A stretch of 64,000 nucleotides of DNA from a virus. The stretch is from IMG/VR virus record IMGVR_UViG_3300028377_000005, positions 51,648 through 115,647 of that record; one strand, 5' to 3'. Within the stretch, counting starts at the first letter, position 1, and each line of letters starts with the position of its first letter. The notes under the pieces are model-generated. The model was not told where the DNA came from. It saw only the letters and a list, made by a program, of their open reading frames with translations, and ran no database searches. Both the position numbers and the translations under genes were made by a program. Positions 46,321-55,705 of this stretch are shown here, piece by piece.

Positions 46321-49300
46321 TTATTTACTGTACAACGGTTGACGCCATTTGTACGTAGGCGGTTGTCCGGCTGATTTTTTCCACAAGCCACCACGATCAC
46401 CGGTGTACCTAACTTCGATATAATGCGCACCACTACCGGGCTGGCGGCCATAGTAAAGCCATGTTCCGTCCGTCGTCAGATTGGTAATGGTGTCAGAACC
46501 CGCAAAAAATACGTCAACCACATCTCCATCATGTTTGTTCAGGATGTACACGTTATTATCACTGGCGTAGACGTAGAGATAAGTGTGATCTGCAACCCCG
46601 AACGTACCCGAAACGGTGTCGTCATTTGCGGGGTTATGTCGCGTTTCCGAGGCACGCCTCCCACTTCTTCCCAGCCTTTGAAACTGCGCTGAGTCATGAT
46701 TACCAAAAGTGTAAATTACCGTGCCATCTGCGAATGAGGAATTAGCTGTTTCCCCCAAAACTAGCTTATCTGCGGCGGTCCCTTCCCATGCTAAGGTAAA
46801 ACCACTGCCACTAAAGTCATACGCTTTTACGACATAACCATCCGCTCCTTCAATGATCACATAAGCGCGGCTACCATCACAGGTCATCCAAGCGGCATCA
46901 GTAGCGCCTACCGACGTTGAAACGCTAATAGACGTGAACTGATCGGCGGGATCCCAAGATCCCGTATCCGTTGTGCGGTGTGCGGTAAGGGTGATGTCAT
47001 CGTTGGTATCATCTCTAGTCAAGCAAAAAGCAACTCCTTTTCGGATTTCAAAAGACACGAGGTTAGCTTGTTCAGCTATAAAGTCGTCGCTACCTAACAT
47101 GGTCATGGTTAAAGTGTCGTACAGGGTAAAGTCCGCTTCACTGGCAATACCAATAACTGGCCCATTACACGACACAGCGATTGGGGTGCTGGTAACGTCT
47201 ATGGGTGTTGATGCCTCAGTGAAAGGGTCGCCAAACGAACCATTATTCTCTTCAATGTAACATTTCGCTAACTTAGTCTCTGCGGCTGAAGAATCACCGT
47301 ACACCAAAAAGAAACTTCCGTTTCCATCGGCTTCAACAAAGTAGAGTGTATCCGCCGCATCCTCTAGTAAAACCTGCACATTAAGGTCGCCGAGGTTTGA
47401 TCCCTCAGCTTGGATAAAAGTAGAACCTTCTGCGATATCACCGAGAGCGTCAATAGATATGAAATCGCTGGGGCTTGAAGCCGTATCGTTGTAGTTATTC
47501 GTGACAGTAGTAATGTCCCCTTCGTTCGTGGTGATACGAGTTTCGTGGTCTTTGACCGATTCACCGGTACCCAACTGGATATCGTTGCCGTCAAAGACAA
47601 GATTGTCAGTGTCTCGGACCCACTCCAGCGTGCTTTCAATCGTACCGTTGTGGCCGTACTGCAGCCGGATACCTTCGGGATCTACGCCCTCATTTTCGGG
47701 AAAACCAAGGTTGGCATGTCCGTTTGCTGCATAGAAATAAAGGTTAACGCCTGCCTTGAAACGGATCTGAGGGTCGCCCGTACTTGTGGGATCATAAACC
47801 TCGACGACGTAATCATCGGTGTCTACACCAGCGGCGGTGGCGGCGGTGGTGATTTCGTTGTCTAGGATCGTTTGCAACCCTGTATCATTTATGCCGCCTG
47901 CGGGGAGGTCGAATTCAACATCAATATCGTTAATCACGAAATGGATGTGGTCGTTAACACCGGCGGTGATTCCTACCCACGAACTCTCGTTATCAGAAAG
48001 AAATTCTAGCGCTGAATACGTGATTCGGTACGATGGCTTATTGGTTTCCCCAACAGCCATCGTATTCTTAGTGCCGTCGTGGCTTGATTGCTCAACGGCT
48101 GCGTCCGGTACGAAAACAAACTGGTTGTGTCGTCTCGTGTTGTCTGTATTACCGAAACGCATCGAACCAAGGTGGTGCATCCCACTGGACAAGGCACGGT
48201 ACTGGTACTGGTGTTGCGGGCCTACCTCACCGTCACCAGCTTCCGACCGGGTGAACCCAATAATTTCTTCGTTGCCCCCAGCATCCTCTACGGGATCATA
48301 GTGGTAAAGGTCCCCGCCTTCACGCATGGGGAATTCCATGAGCCAACCTTTGGACCGCTCAAGAGGGGCACCACTTTCTGTATAATTTTGGCCTCCCATT
48401 CGGATACGACCCGCATTGCCACCTTTGGCCGTAACATCAACCTCGGCGCGGTGGACAAGCTCACGGGCGGCTTGTGCTCCCGATTTTTCGTTGTATGCAA
48501 CGAACATCGCAAAGAGTCTTGCACGACCGGCCCCATCGGTAAAACTGTTCGGGTTGAGGTCGTAACCAGCTTCGATCTGGTGCGATAGTGTGACGACACC
48601 ATTATCATAGTCGGCGTTGACCCATTGGTCTTCGGTCGAAGAGCTAATCTGGATATCATCGAAATTGCTAATCGGGTTGTCCAGATCAGGGGTACCGTCC
48701 ACTTTAGCTGGAAACAGAGTCAGCGCATGGCCCGCGTGGATGTTCGTGGCAAGGACAAGGATCGAACCCGCCGTGCTGTTTTGCGAACTATCAACGTCTT
48801 TAGGACCGACCAACGGCTTAACGCGGAACCCCATATCTTGGTAATGCGGCTGCTCCGGTCGGAAGTCCCTCAGCGGGTGTCCCGTCGTAGGGTGCCCAGC
48901 CGGGAACAAGTCCTCTACGGCATGAATTTTTCGCAACCGGAAAGGGGAACTCTGTTCGGGCAACGTCGAAATGTCCGTACCATAGAAAGGCGTCAGGATG
49001 AATTTTTCGGTGGAAGTCGCTCCCGACGTGAACGAGATCTCAGACTCCACCACAAAAATTCGGTCTTGAAGTTTCAGAGGTTGCTTGGCTGTGGAGGTGG
49101 TACTCGCCACAAAATCGCCAACCTCTAAAATCTGATTCGAACCGCTATGCTCGACGGTTACTTGCAAACGGCCTTCGGCGGTATGTTCCACCGACGTAAT
49201 CTCCATGTCCTCAGCGTCATTGACATCGTAAGCATTCCCAAGGGTACGACGTACTGGCCATCTCTTGGGTTGCACGGTGAAATATGAAGTCTCTTCCCCC

Positions 49301-49929
49301 AAATTGCCGGTTGCGGTAAAGGGCAATAGTTCTACCGGGTTAGGCTTAACCAGTTGCCAATAAAAGCCCTCGTTATCGGGACTGCCACCTGTCCCGTCAA
49401 AAATATCCTCGAAGATCCCATTGATGGTAATCACGTCGCCATTCAGGTCAGTGATTTCGTATGTACGGGGTGCGCCCTCTTTAGGCTTAGGGATAAGGTG
49501 CGTAGACGATCTATCGCGGTTGGAAATAACCAACAGCAAGTCAGAAGCTGCCATACTGTGCGGCGCACCTAACACGAAATCTACATTAACCCCATGCGTA
49601 TTCAACGTAGTGGTCGCAGTCAGTTCGCCTGCGGTGCCTTCGGCGTAGACGTCCATGCCGTAGAACAACTGTTCCTGTACCAACCGACGATTTCGACGCG
49701 GGTGGTCATCCGGCGCGCTCTGAGCATAGAGCGTGGGATCCGTGACGTTGCCTACAAAGCGAACATCGCCCGGAGTCCATCCCAAGGCTCGGATAGGAGC
49801 CGCAACGGTCTTGCCCGGAAGCGTATTGCTTTTGAAAGGCTCCTCTTCAGACTTGATGGACGGGTCTGTTGCTACTTTACCGTCAAGTGCCTTTTTGAGG
49901 ATATCATTCTTAATGTCTGCCATGTTCAT
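46321..49929 (-). CDS. large tail fibre/spike-like protein with C-terminal beta-propeller-like region
   Basis: 1202 aa; DHETRITTNEGDI coiled-coil; repeated CDG/ADG/TDG blade-like motifs. Confidence 0.65.
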   Translation of the reverse strand: MNMADIKNDILKKALDGKVATDPSIKSEEEPFKSNTLPGKTVAAPIRALGWTPGDVRFVGNVTDPTLYAQSAPDDHPRRNRRLVQEQLFYGMDVYAEGTAGELTATTTLNTHGVNVDFVLGAPHSMAASDLLLVISNRDRSSTHLIPKPKEGAPRTYEITDLNGDVITINGIFEDIFDGTGGSPDNEGFYWQLVKPNPVELLPFTATGNLGEETSYFTVQPKRWPVRRTLGNAYDVNDAEDMEITSVEHTAEGRLQVTVEHSGSNQILEVGDFVASTTSTAKQPLKLQDRIFVVESEISFTSGATSTEKFILTPFYGTDISTLPEQSSPFRLRKIHAVEDLFPAGHPTTGHPLRDFRPEQPHYQDMGFRVKPLVGPKDVDSSQNSTAGSILVLATNIHAGHALTLFPAKVDGTPDLDNPISNFDDIQISSSTEDQWVNADYDNGVVTLSHQIEAGYDLNPNSFTDGAGRARLFAMFVAYNEKSGAQAARELVHRAEVDVTAKGGNAGRIRMGGQNYTESGAPLERSKGWLMEFPMREGGDLYHYDPVEDAGGNEEIIGFTRSEAGDGEVGPQHQYQYRALSSGMHHLGSMRFGNTDNTRRHNQFVFVPDAAVEQSSHDGTKNTMAVGETNKPSYRITYSALEFLSDNESSWVGITAGVNDHIHFVINDIDVEFDLPAGGINDTGLQTILDNEITTAATAAGVDTDDYVVEVYDPTSTGDPQIRFKAGVNLYFYAANGHANLGFPENEGVDPEGIRLQYGHNGTIESTLEWVRDTDNLVFDGNDIQLGTGESVKDHETRITTNEGDITTVTNNYNDTASSPSDFISIDALGDIAEGSTFIQAEGSNLGDLNVQVLLEDAADTLYFVEADGNGSFFLVYGDSSAAETKLAKCYIEENNGSFGDPFTEASTPIDVTSTPIAVSCNGPVIGIASEADFTLYDTLTMTMLGSDDFIAEQANLVSFEIRKGVAFCLTRDDTNDDITLTAHRTTDTGSWDPADQFTSISVSTSVGATDAAWMTCDGSRAYVIIEGADGYVVKAYDFSGSGFTLAWEGTAADKLVLGETANSSFADGTVIYTFGNHDSAQFQRLGRSGRRASETRHNPANDDTVSGTFGVADHTYLYVYASDNNVYILNKHDGDVVDVFFAGSDTITNLTTDGTWLYYGRQPGSGAHYIEVRYTGDRGGLWKKSAGQPPTYKWRQPLYSK

Positions 49930-51932
49930 TACCTATCTAAGATTTCGATCTTGTAGATCGCAAAAGTACCTTCGGTTGCTACCGGCGTACCTGCTCTCAT
50001 GGAGATATTACAGATAACCGGATAGAAACTTGCGAAAGCACTTGCAGGGTTCGGCAAGCTCAGGTTCATCACTACGCTATAATCGGATTCTATTTCGTAA
50101 GACACCAAAGCACCCCCATTTTCCACGGGTAGTTGCCAGTGGGTGCCGCTAAAATCCGTGGGATACCACGTCGAGATATCGATGCCCGCTGCCGACACAC
50201 CATCCGCAATAGTAAGAAGGTTTTCAGCAAGAGTAGATCCACTTGTTGGATGTCCTACGACTCGAACCGCAAAGTTCGCTTTAGGGGCACCTAGATCGAA
50301 CGCCCGGAGGTACGCACGACGGTTTTCAGCGGGAGTTGACAAAGCGGTGTAATCTCGCTGAGGATTTGAACCGTCCCGTGTCGACGGATAATGACCCGTT
50401 GAATAGTCAGTATCAGGCCAAGCCAACTCACCGCCTGTGATCCCTTCCGGGACGTAGTGTGCGCTGGGGATACCCCTCACTTGGAGATCACCTACATCTA
50501 TGCCTGAGTCATCAAGAGTGGCTGCGGGATCCCATGAACTATTGCTACCATCTGGAAGCATGTTCATTTCCATAACCAGATCAAGAAAAGAATACCGTGT
50601 GTATTCGTGTACGAAATTCTCGACTTTGTGCTCGGAAGTGTCTACCGCCCCCAAAGGAGTGCCTTCCACCAAAAGCACATTGTCTCCGCTGTAGACGCTG
50701 GTATCCGATCTCCCAAACGGATCACGTACTTTTAAGTCCGGGGACGCTGTATAGACCTTTTGCTCCAGCGGGTCGGTAGGTGCTGTAGGTGCGAATGTCC
50801 CGGAACTATAGGAAGCCGACGAACTTGTCAAGATCGGATCGGGTGCGTGGTCACTATACGGGAAATCATGCGTTGGGTAATCTTGTCCCAACCACTGAAT
50901 CTGTGCTGCATCGTTTGCCAAAAACGAATTAGCAAACAGTCCGTCAACGCCCCAATCTACTGTGAAGTCGTCAAGGTTGCTGCTATAGTAAGCGATCCCA
51001 CTAAGGTAATGCGGTGTTGTCGCAATCGACGTGTCGTTAGGTACGAAACTGTATGACGTGATCGCAGGAACCGTTGTCGTGTCCGCATCATGGTAAGGGT
51101 TGTGGAGGGCGGTTTCCGACCACGTTTTATAAGGATCCCCGTCACGTGCTGCTTCGTAATCTGATACCGTCTTGAAATGGTAAAAGACCAGAGCGCCTTT
51201 AGGTCCGTCAGAGGCCCCCAGATCCACCGTAAACGAATACTTCGCCAACTGGTAGGGTGTGTAATTGAAGTCGTAAGCGTCATACACAGGATCGTCGCCA
51301 CCCCCGAGGAACGGGAAATTTGTCCGGTCATAGTCTGACAAGGCTGGGAGGCGATCGCTGAGGTCAAACAATTGTGGCAAGCCGTCCACAGTCCCGACCG
51401 TCATAGAACCTGCCGTGTAATCATTCTGCCCTACCACACGGGAAGGTGCTGCGGTAACTTCCGGGCCACCCTCATAAAAGATCACAGTAAGGTTCAGAGC
51501 ACCCACAAAAGTACCGTCAAGCTCTACAGCTAGGACGCCCCGATCAGCCGGAAACAGAGTGCCTTCGAAGGTGATGTTTTGCTGGTTGAAAAGGTCACTC
51601 GTAGGTACACCGTTCGTGGTTCCGTCCGTGTAATTAGCTACCACGGCATCCGGGGTTGTGTTGACGGCTCCAGAGTTCTTCGCGTTAGCTGTTTCGCCGA
51701 TACGGTTAGGTACGGGCGTAGGGGCCAACGAGTTGATCCCGTTGAGGTTGTGTTGGACATTATCGCCGGATAGTTGCGGTGGCGTTTCTGAATTGACGTT
51801 GATCGCATCAGTTGCAGCCGTACCACTCCCGGACCCGCCTACGTTGATAGTAAGAGATGAGCCAGTCACGGAGCCTTTTCCGGCTTGACCCGAACCTACT
51901 TTGATTTCGTCTGGACTGTCTTTTCTGGGCAT
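49929..51932 (-). CDS. virion structural protein
   Basis: 667 aa, beta-rich; coupled to the next gene by TAATG. Confidence 0.65.
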   Translation of the reverse strand: MPRKDSPDEIKVGSGQAGKGSVTGSSLTINVGGSGSGTAATDAINVNSETPPQLSGDNVQHNLNGINSLAPTPVPNRIGETANAKNSGAVNTTPDAVVANYTDGTTNGVPTSDLFNQQNITFEGTLFPADRGVLAVELDGTFVGALNLTVIFYEGGPEVTAAPSRVVGQNDYTAGSMTVGTVDGLPQLFDLSDRLPALSDYDRTNFPFLGGGDDPVYDAYDFNYTPYQLAKYSFTVDLGASDGPKGALVFYHFKTVSDYEAARDGDPYKTWSETALHNPYHDADTTTVPAITSYSFVPNDTSIATTPHYLSGIAYYSSNLDDFTVDWGVDGLFANSFLANDAAQIQWLGQDYPTHDFPYSDHAPDPILTSSSASYSSGTFAPTAPTDPLEQKVYTASPDLKVRDPFGRSDTSVYSGDNVLLVEGTPLGAVDTSEHKVENFVHEYTRYSFLDLVMEMNMLPDGSNSSWDPAATLDDSGIDVGDLQVRGIPSAHYVPEGITGGELAWPDTDYSTGHYPSTRDGSNPQRDYTALSTPAENRRAYLRAFDLGAPKANFAVRVVGHPTSGSTLAENLLTIADGVSAAGIDISTWYPTDFSGTHWQLPVENGGALVSYEIESDYSVVMNLSLPNPASAFASFYPVICNISMRAGTPVATEGTFAIYKIEILDR

Positions 51933-51949
51933 AGCATAGCCTCAATAAA

Positions 51950-54502
51950 TCAGTAAGTAACGGGGCTACCTTTAAGTCGGTAAACCGCCGCGCAGGTCGT
52001 ATTCTTCGACGTGTCGCCGTCTTCATCTGTGAATCCAATACGGTTTTCTTCGGTGTCCGGGACGTAGTTGGCGAATACCACCAAGATATGCTCACCCGCA
52101 CGAGCAAAGTCGGTGTCCTCTTCCAACTGCGCAATGATCGGTAAAAAGCATTTATGTCCAACCACCGTTGATAGTGACTGCGCAATCGCCGAAGGGCGGT
52201 ACTCAGTCATATCCACATTAGTGTAATGATCTACTTGCAGTCCATAAACATCCGCATCTTCAGCGGGATCTTTAAGCGTAAAATGGTCCACTGGAGCCAT
52301 TGGCACCATGACGGGAAGCCTTAAAAAGCCGGTGTTCGCGTCAAAATCATCAATTGAAATATCGCCGGGCGTATTTAGTTCGTGTTCACCCCGGAAATCG
52401 CCCGATGAAGCCTGATTAATATGCACCGGGACTTGGTTCATCGGGGCCTCATAAGGAAACGGGGTTAGTTGTGCCCCCGAACCAGCGGTTCCTACATACA
52501 AATAAGGGCTCACACATACTGGCTTGATCCGAAGTTTGTGCTCTGGGTCTGTTTTCTGGAGATATTCGTAATTAACCGCTTGGATGCCCGGCGTCATGTA
52601 ATACAAGCTAACGCCCCCAACGCCTGCAGGGATAGGGCGCTTAGGAAAATACGTCACCTCTACTGTTTCATTCGCACTAGGTAGGTCTGAGGACAATTTA
52701 ATCATACGGCCAGCCGTTTCTGTATCGACGGTAGGGGGTTGAGATCCGGGGTTATCTAAAGACTCAACAGACACGACGCCTTTGGTGGTTCCGCTCGCAT
52801 CTTCAAATAGGAATTCAGGCAAAACCACCGTAGTCTTATCTTTGCTGACTACTGAAAGCGTTACAGCACCATCGGTCGTGTAATAAACCCCCACCTCACG
52901 GTGCGGCCCTTGCTCAAATCCCACCCACACATATTCCCGGACCGCCAGTCTTCCAGCCGCATCTGGGGTGAACGTCGTACCCACATAAGGGTTGAAATTA
53001 GTGGGGTTGTGGACGTTAACTTGGAAGTTAGATGCGGGTTCTGATACATGAGCACGAAGGCCACCACCCGACGGGTAACTAACCACCCATGACACCCAGA
53101 TATCTCTCGAAGAAGCTACTGAGGGATTTCCGATTGTAATGGTAGCTGACCCTGATCCCAATCCTGTAACACTGGTCACGGGCACTTCAATTTGCCCTAC
53201 ATCCTGTACAACGATCCGCACATCATTGATTACGGTCCCAGAAGGAACTTCAGCGGGGAGATTCAATGTTAGGGTATCCCCGGCAGTCCAATCAGATCCT
53301 TTCGAATATGCTTCGATATGAGTCTTAGAAATAGCACGGTCTGAGAACACCGGACAGATGCCGTCTGTATCCCTAGAGATATCATCGCCAGATGTGTCCC
53401 CATTACCACCGTGGTTGAGCGTATCTGCTTTAATGGGGCGGCTACTGGTTGAGTTTTGGCCTCCAAGTTCCCATCCTAAATGAGATTCAACCGGTGTCCA
53501 AGAGCGTAACGTCTGGTCCATAAGCATCGAGGTATTACGCTCAAGTTTATGTCCCCAATTAAACCCCTGCAAAGTAACTTGACGTCGTAGATCCAGCACG
53601 TCATCAAATACAATTTCATCCGCATACAGACCGTCTGGACGATCACTGTTTCCCGAAGATAGTGACGCCCCTCCACTTCCGTTTGTGGTGTAGTGAAAAT
53701 CCGCACTGTTGCGACGGAAAACCATGCAGAGCGGAATCGAATATACATACCCGTCTACTGTGTTGAGACTATTCTCCGGGTTTCCGTCACCGGCTACCCA
53801 CATCCCGCTATCGCCAGACGACGGCGTATAATCAAAAGCCGTATCCGACCCATTAGGCCCTTGTGCATAGGTATCTGCGTCGGTGTAACCTTCCCGGTTC
53901 CCATGATCAGTCATGCGTACCGCTTTGATGCGGTACTGGATCTGCACCCGCTTGGTGGACTCCGTGTTGATAGCCGGGTCCGGGTCAATCAAGTCGTCAT
54001 CGAGCCATTCGCCTGTTAGCGACTGAATGTTACCATGCCGGTAAATCTTATCGGCGGAGGGCTTGTTGTCCGTAGACGGGTTCGGCCCTACAAGGGAGCG
54101 CCACACTTCTAGGTAAACAAAGTCGGCTGCAATATTTCCCGATCCCGAGGGAGGGGCCGAGAGTTGGATTTCATTTTCACCCGGTGTCGACGTGTTGGAA
54201 TACTCCAGAGGAATAACCCAGCCGTTGACATTGACAACAGGCTTGTTGATCAGGTAAAATGTATTTGCATCCCCACGAAAATCGAAATCGACGTTAGCAT
54301 CTTTGTCGAAATCCCCCGTGAACCAACCCGATGGGGTCGTCTGACGAATAAGCGCAGATCTCCCGCTGTTCTGGATCTCTTGACCAAGAACAAATTCGGA
54401 GTCCAGAATTGGCTTGCCGCCCTGATACACGACGGTATCAAACCCGGTCTCGGAGGGGTCCAGATACCTTGTCAGGATGGATCCGTAATCTTTATCAGCC
54501 AT
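51950..54502 (-). CDS. virion/tail protein, paralog of 41249-45652
   Basis: YQGGKPILDSEF, YLEVW, VQIQYRIK, DGYVYSIPL. Confidence 0.75.
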   Translation of the reverse strand: MADKDYGSILTRYLDPSETGFDTVVYQGGKPILDSEFVLGQEIQNSGRSALIRQTTPSGWFTGDFDKDANVDFDFRGDANTFYLINKPVVNVNGWVIPLEYSNTSTPGENEIQLSAPPSGSGNIAADFVYLEVWRSLVGPNPSTDNKPSADKIYRHGNIQSLTGEWLDDDLIDPDPAINTESTKRVQIQYRIKAVRMTDHGNREGYTDADTYAQGPNGSDTAFDYTPSSGDSGMWVAGDGNPENSLNTVDGYVYSIPLCMVFRRNSADFHYTTNGSGGASLSSGNSDRPDGLYADEIVFDDVLDLRRQVTLQGFNWGHKLERNTSMLMDQTLRSWTPVESHLGWELGGQNSTSSRPIKADTLNHGGNGDTSGDDISRDTDGICPVFSDRAISKTHIEAYSKGSDWTAGDTLTLNLPAEVPSGTVINDVRIVVQDVGQIEVPVTSVTGLGSGSATITIGNPSVASSRDIWVSWVVSYPSGGGLRAHVSEPASNFQVNVHNPTNFNPYVGTTFTPDAAGRLAVREYVWVGFEQGPHREVGVYYTTDGAVTLSVVSKDKTTVVLPEFLFEDASGTTKGVVSVESLDNPGSQPPTVDTETAGRMIKLSSDLPSANETVEVTYFPKRPIPAGVGGVSLYYMTPGIQAVNYEYLQKTDPEHKLRIKPVCVSPYLYVGTAGSGAQLTPFPYEAPMNQVPVHINQASSGDFRGEHELNTPGDISIDDFDANTGFLRLPVMVPMAPVDHFTLKDPAEDADVYGLQVDHYTNVDMTEYRPSAIAQSLSTVVGHKCFLPIIAQLEEDTDFARAGEHILVVFANYVPDTEENRIGFTDEDGDTSKNTTCAAVYRLKGSPVTY

Positions 54503-54529
54503 AAGGGATTCTCTTCGGGTCCGGCATCA

Positions 54530-55174
54530 TTAAAACGTGATTCGCCACTGCAGCGTGAGACGAGCCGTGGCCGGTTTATTGATCACCGGAAAGGTTAAGT
54601 AGTTCATTAGCAGGTCTTTGCCCTGCACGTCTACCGTTGCATCATACGGACCGTTTGATGGCGTAATCGGGTTGGTGATTCCCGTATCTTCATTGAGGTC
54701 GCCACCAACCAAACCCATCTCAACGATAGGACCGACCGCTTCCGATTCCGCATAGGTCGTCGTAAAGTCCACGACATTCGTGGGGAGGGTTGTGCTTGCA
54801 CCTCCAGATTCTACAAAATCTGTAGCGCTGAACGCTTTGCGTCCGATCTCGTTATAGAGCGAACGTTGTGTGTTGGTTTCAGTCGGAGGGTTCTGGAGGT
54901 CCCACCCCGTGTCACCGGAGCCTACGGCCAGCGCGAAGATACCGTGCCGAGGTTCAAGGGGGTCTTTCGCCAAGCGTGCCATAAGGAGCGAGAAGTCCTT
55001 TGTGATCACGTTGTCGATATGCCGCTCTTCCACACTACCATCTACATGTTCGAGGCGGATGAATACTTCACCCTTCGGACCCGAATAACGATCTTCGAAA
55101 AGGAACCCCATATTGATCTTAGCAAGGGACTCCTTCGCCCCGTTATATAAATCTTTGAATTTCATACCTACCAC
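54530..55174 (-). CDS. baseplate/tail-collar protein
   Basis: NVIT..AVGSG..FTTTYAESEAVGPIVEMGL..TFPVINK..LQWRITF. Confidence 0.7.
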   Translation of the reverse strand: MVGMKFKDLYNGAKESLAKINMGFLFEDRYSGPKGEVFIRLEHVDGSVEERHIDNVITKDFSLLMARLAKDPLEPRHGIFALAVGSGDTGWDLQNPPTETNTQRSLYNEIGRKAFSATDFVESGGASTTLPTNVVDFTTTYAESEAVGPIVEMGLVGGDLNEDTGITNPITPSNGPYDATVDVQGKDLLMNYLTFPVINKPATARLTLQWRITF

Positions 55175-55214
55175 TACCTTTAATTGACGTACATTCGATC
55201 GCTATTCAGAGTAG

Positions 55215-55229
55215 CTTACAAAAGGATTA
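55215..55229 (-). promoter_or_regulatory. candidate late-promoter motif TAATCCTTTTGTAAG
   Basis: Intergenic, upstream of a structural operon; 12/15 identical to 798-812. Confidence 0.4.
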
Positions 55230-55230
55230 C

Positions 55231-55695
55231 TCACGGGAGGTCATATTGCACTGAGCTTCCATCGAAATACCCAACCCGGCCCTTGATGGTTGGTCCGCGA
55301 ACCGATTGCAAAGAGGAATCGAGCAGTTGGTTCGAATAGTAAGGCTTAGTCGATCCGTCCGTTGCCACGGTTATGTGGGGCACCTTGTTTTTACTCCGCA
55401 CACTGGAGGTCTGTACCGCCACGGCTTGTCCTTTATCATCTTCGGCGAAACCTACCACCTCAAGCTGTACCTCTTTCCCTAGTGGTAGATCATAAATAGA
55501 TGCGGGGTCTGGCCTGAACGCTAGGGTCATGTGATGCATGAACTCTTTGCTGTGTACCGGGCCAACTTCACGTTCCCACCAAGAACGGAGCGTTCGCCTC
55601 GCTCTATCATCCAAAAAGACCCCGGTGTAGATCACAGTCAAACCGGACAGTCTTTGGAGGTACTCCGCAGCTACTTTCTCAGATATTTCGCCCAT
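55231..55695 (-). CDS. 2H phosphoesterase (tRNA-ligase CPDase-like)
   Basis: HHMTLAF and KVPHITVA; GQAVAV. Confidence 0.8.
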   Translation of the reverse strand: MGEISEKVAAEYLQRLSGLTVIYTGVFLDDRARRTLRSWWEREVGPVHSKEFMHHMTLAFRPDPASIYDLPLGKEVQLEVVGFAEDDKGQAVAVQTSSVRSKNKVPHITVATDGSTKPYYSNQLLDSSLQSVRGPTIKGRVGYFDGSSVQYDLP

Positions 55696-55705
55696 TTAAC
55701 AGTCC

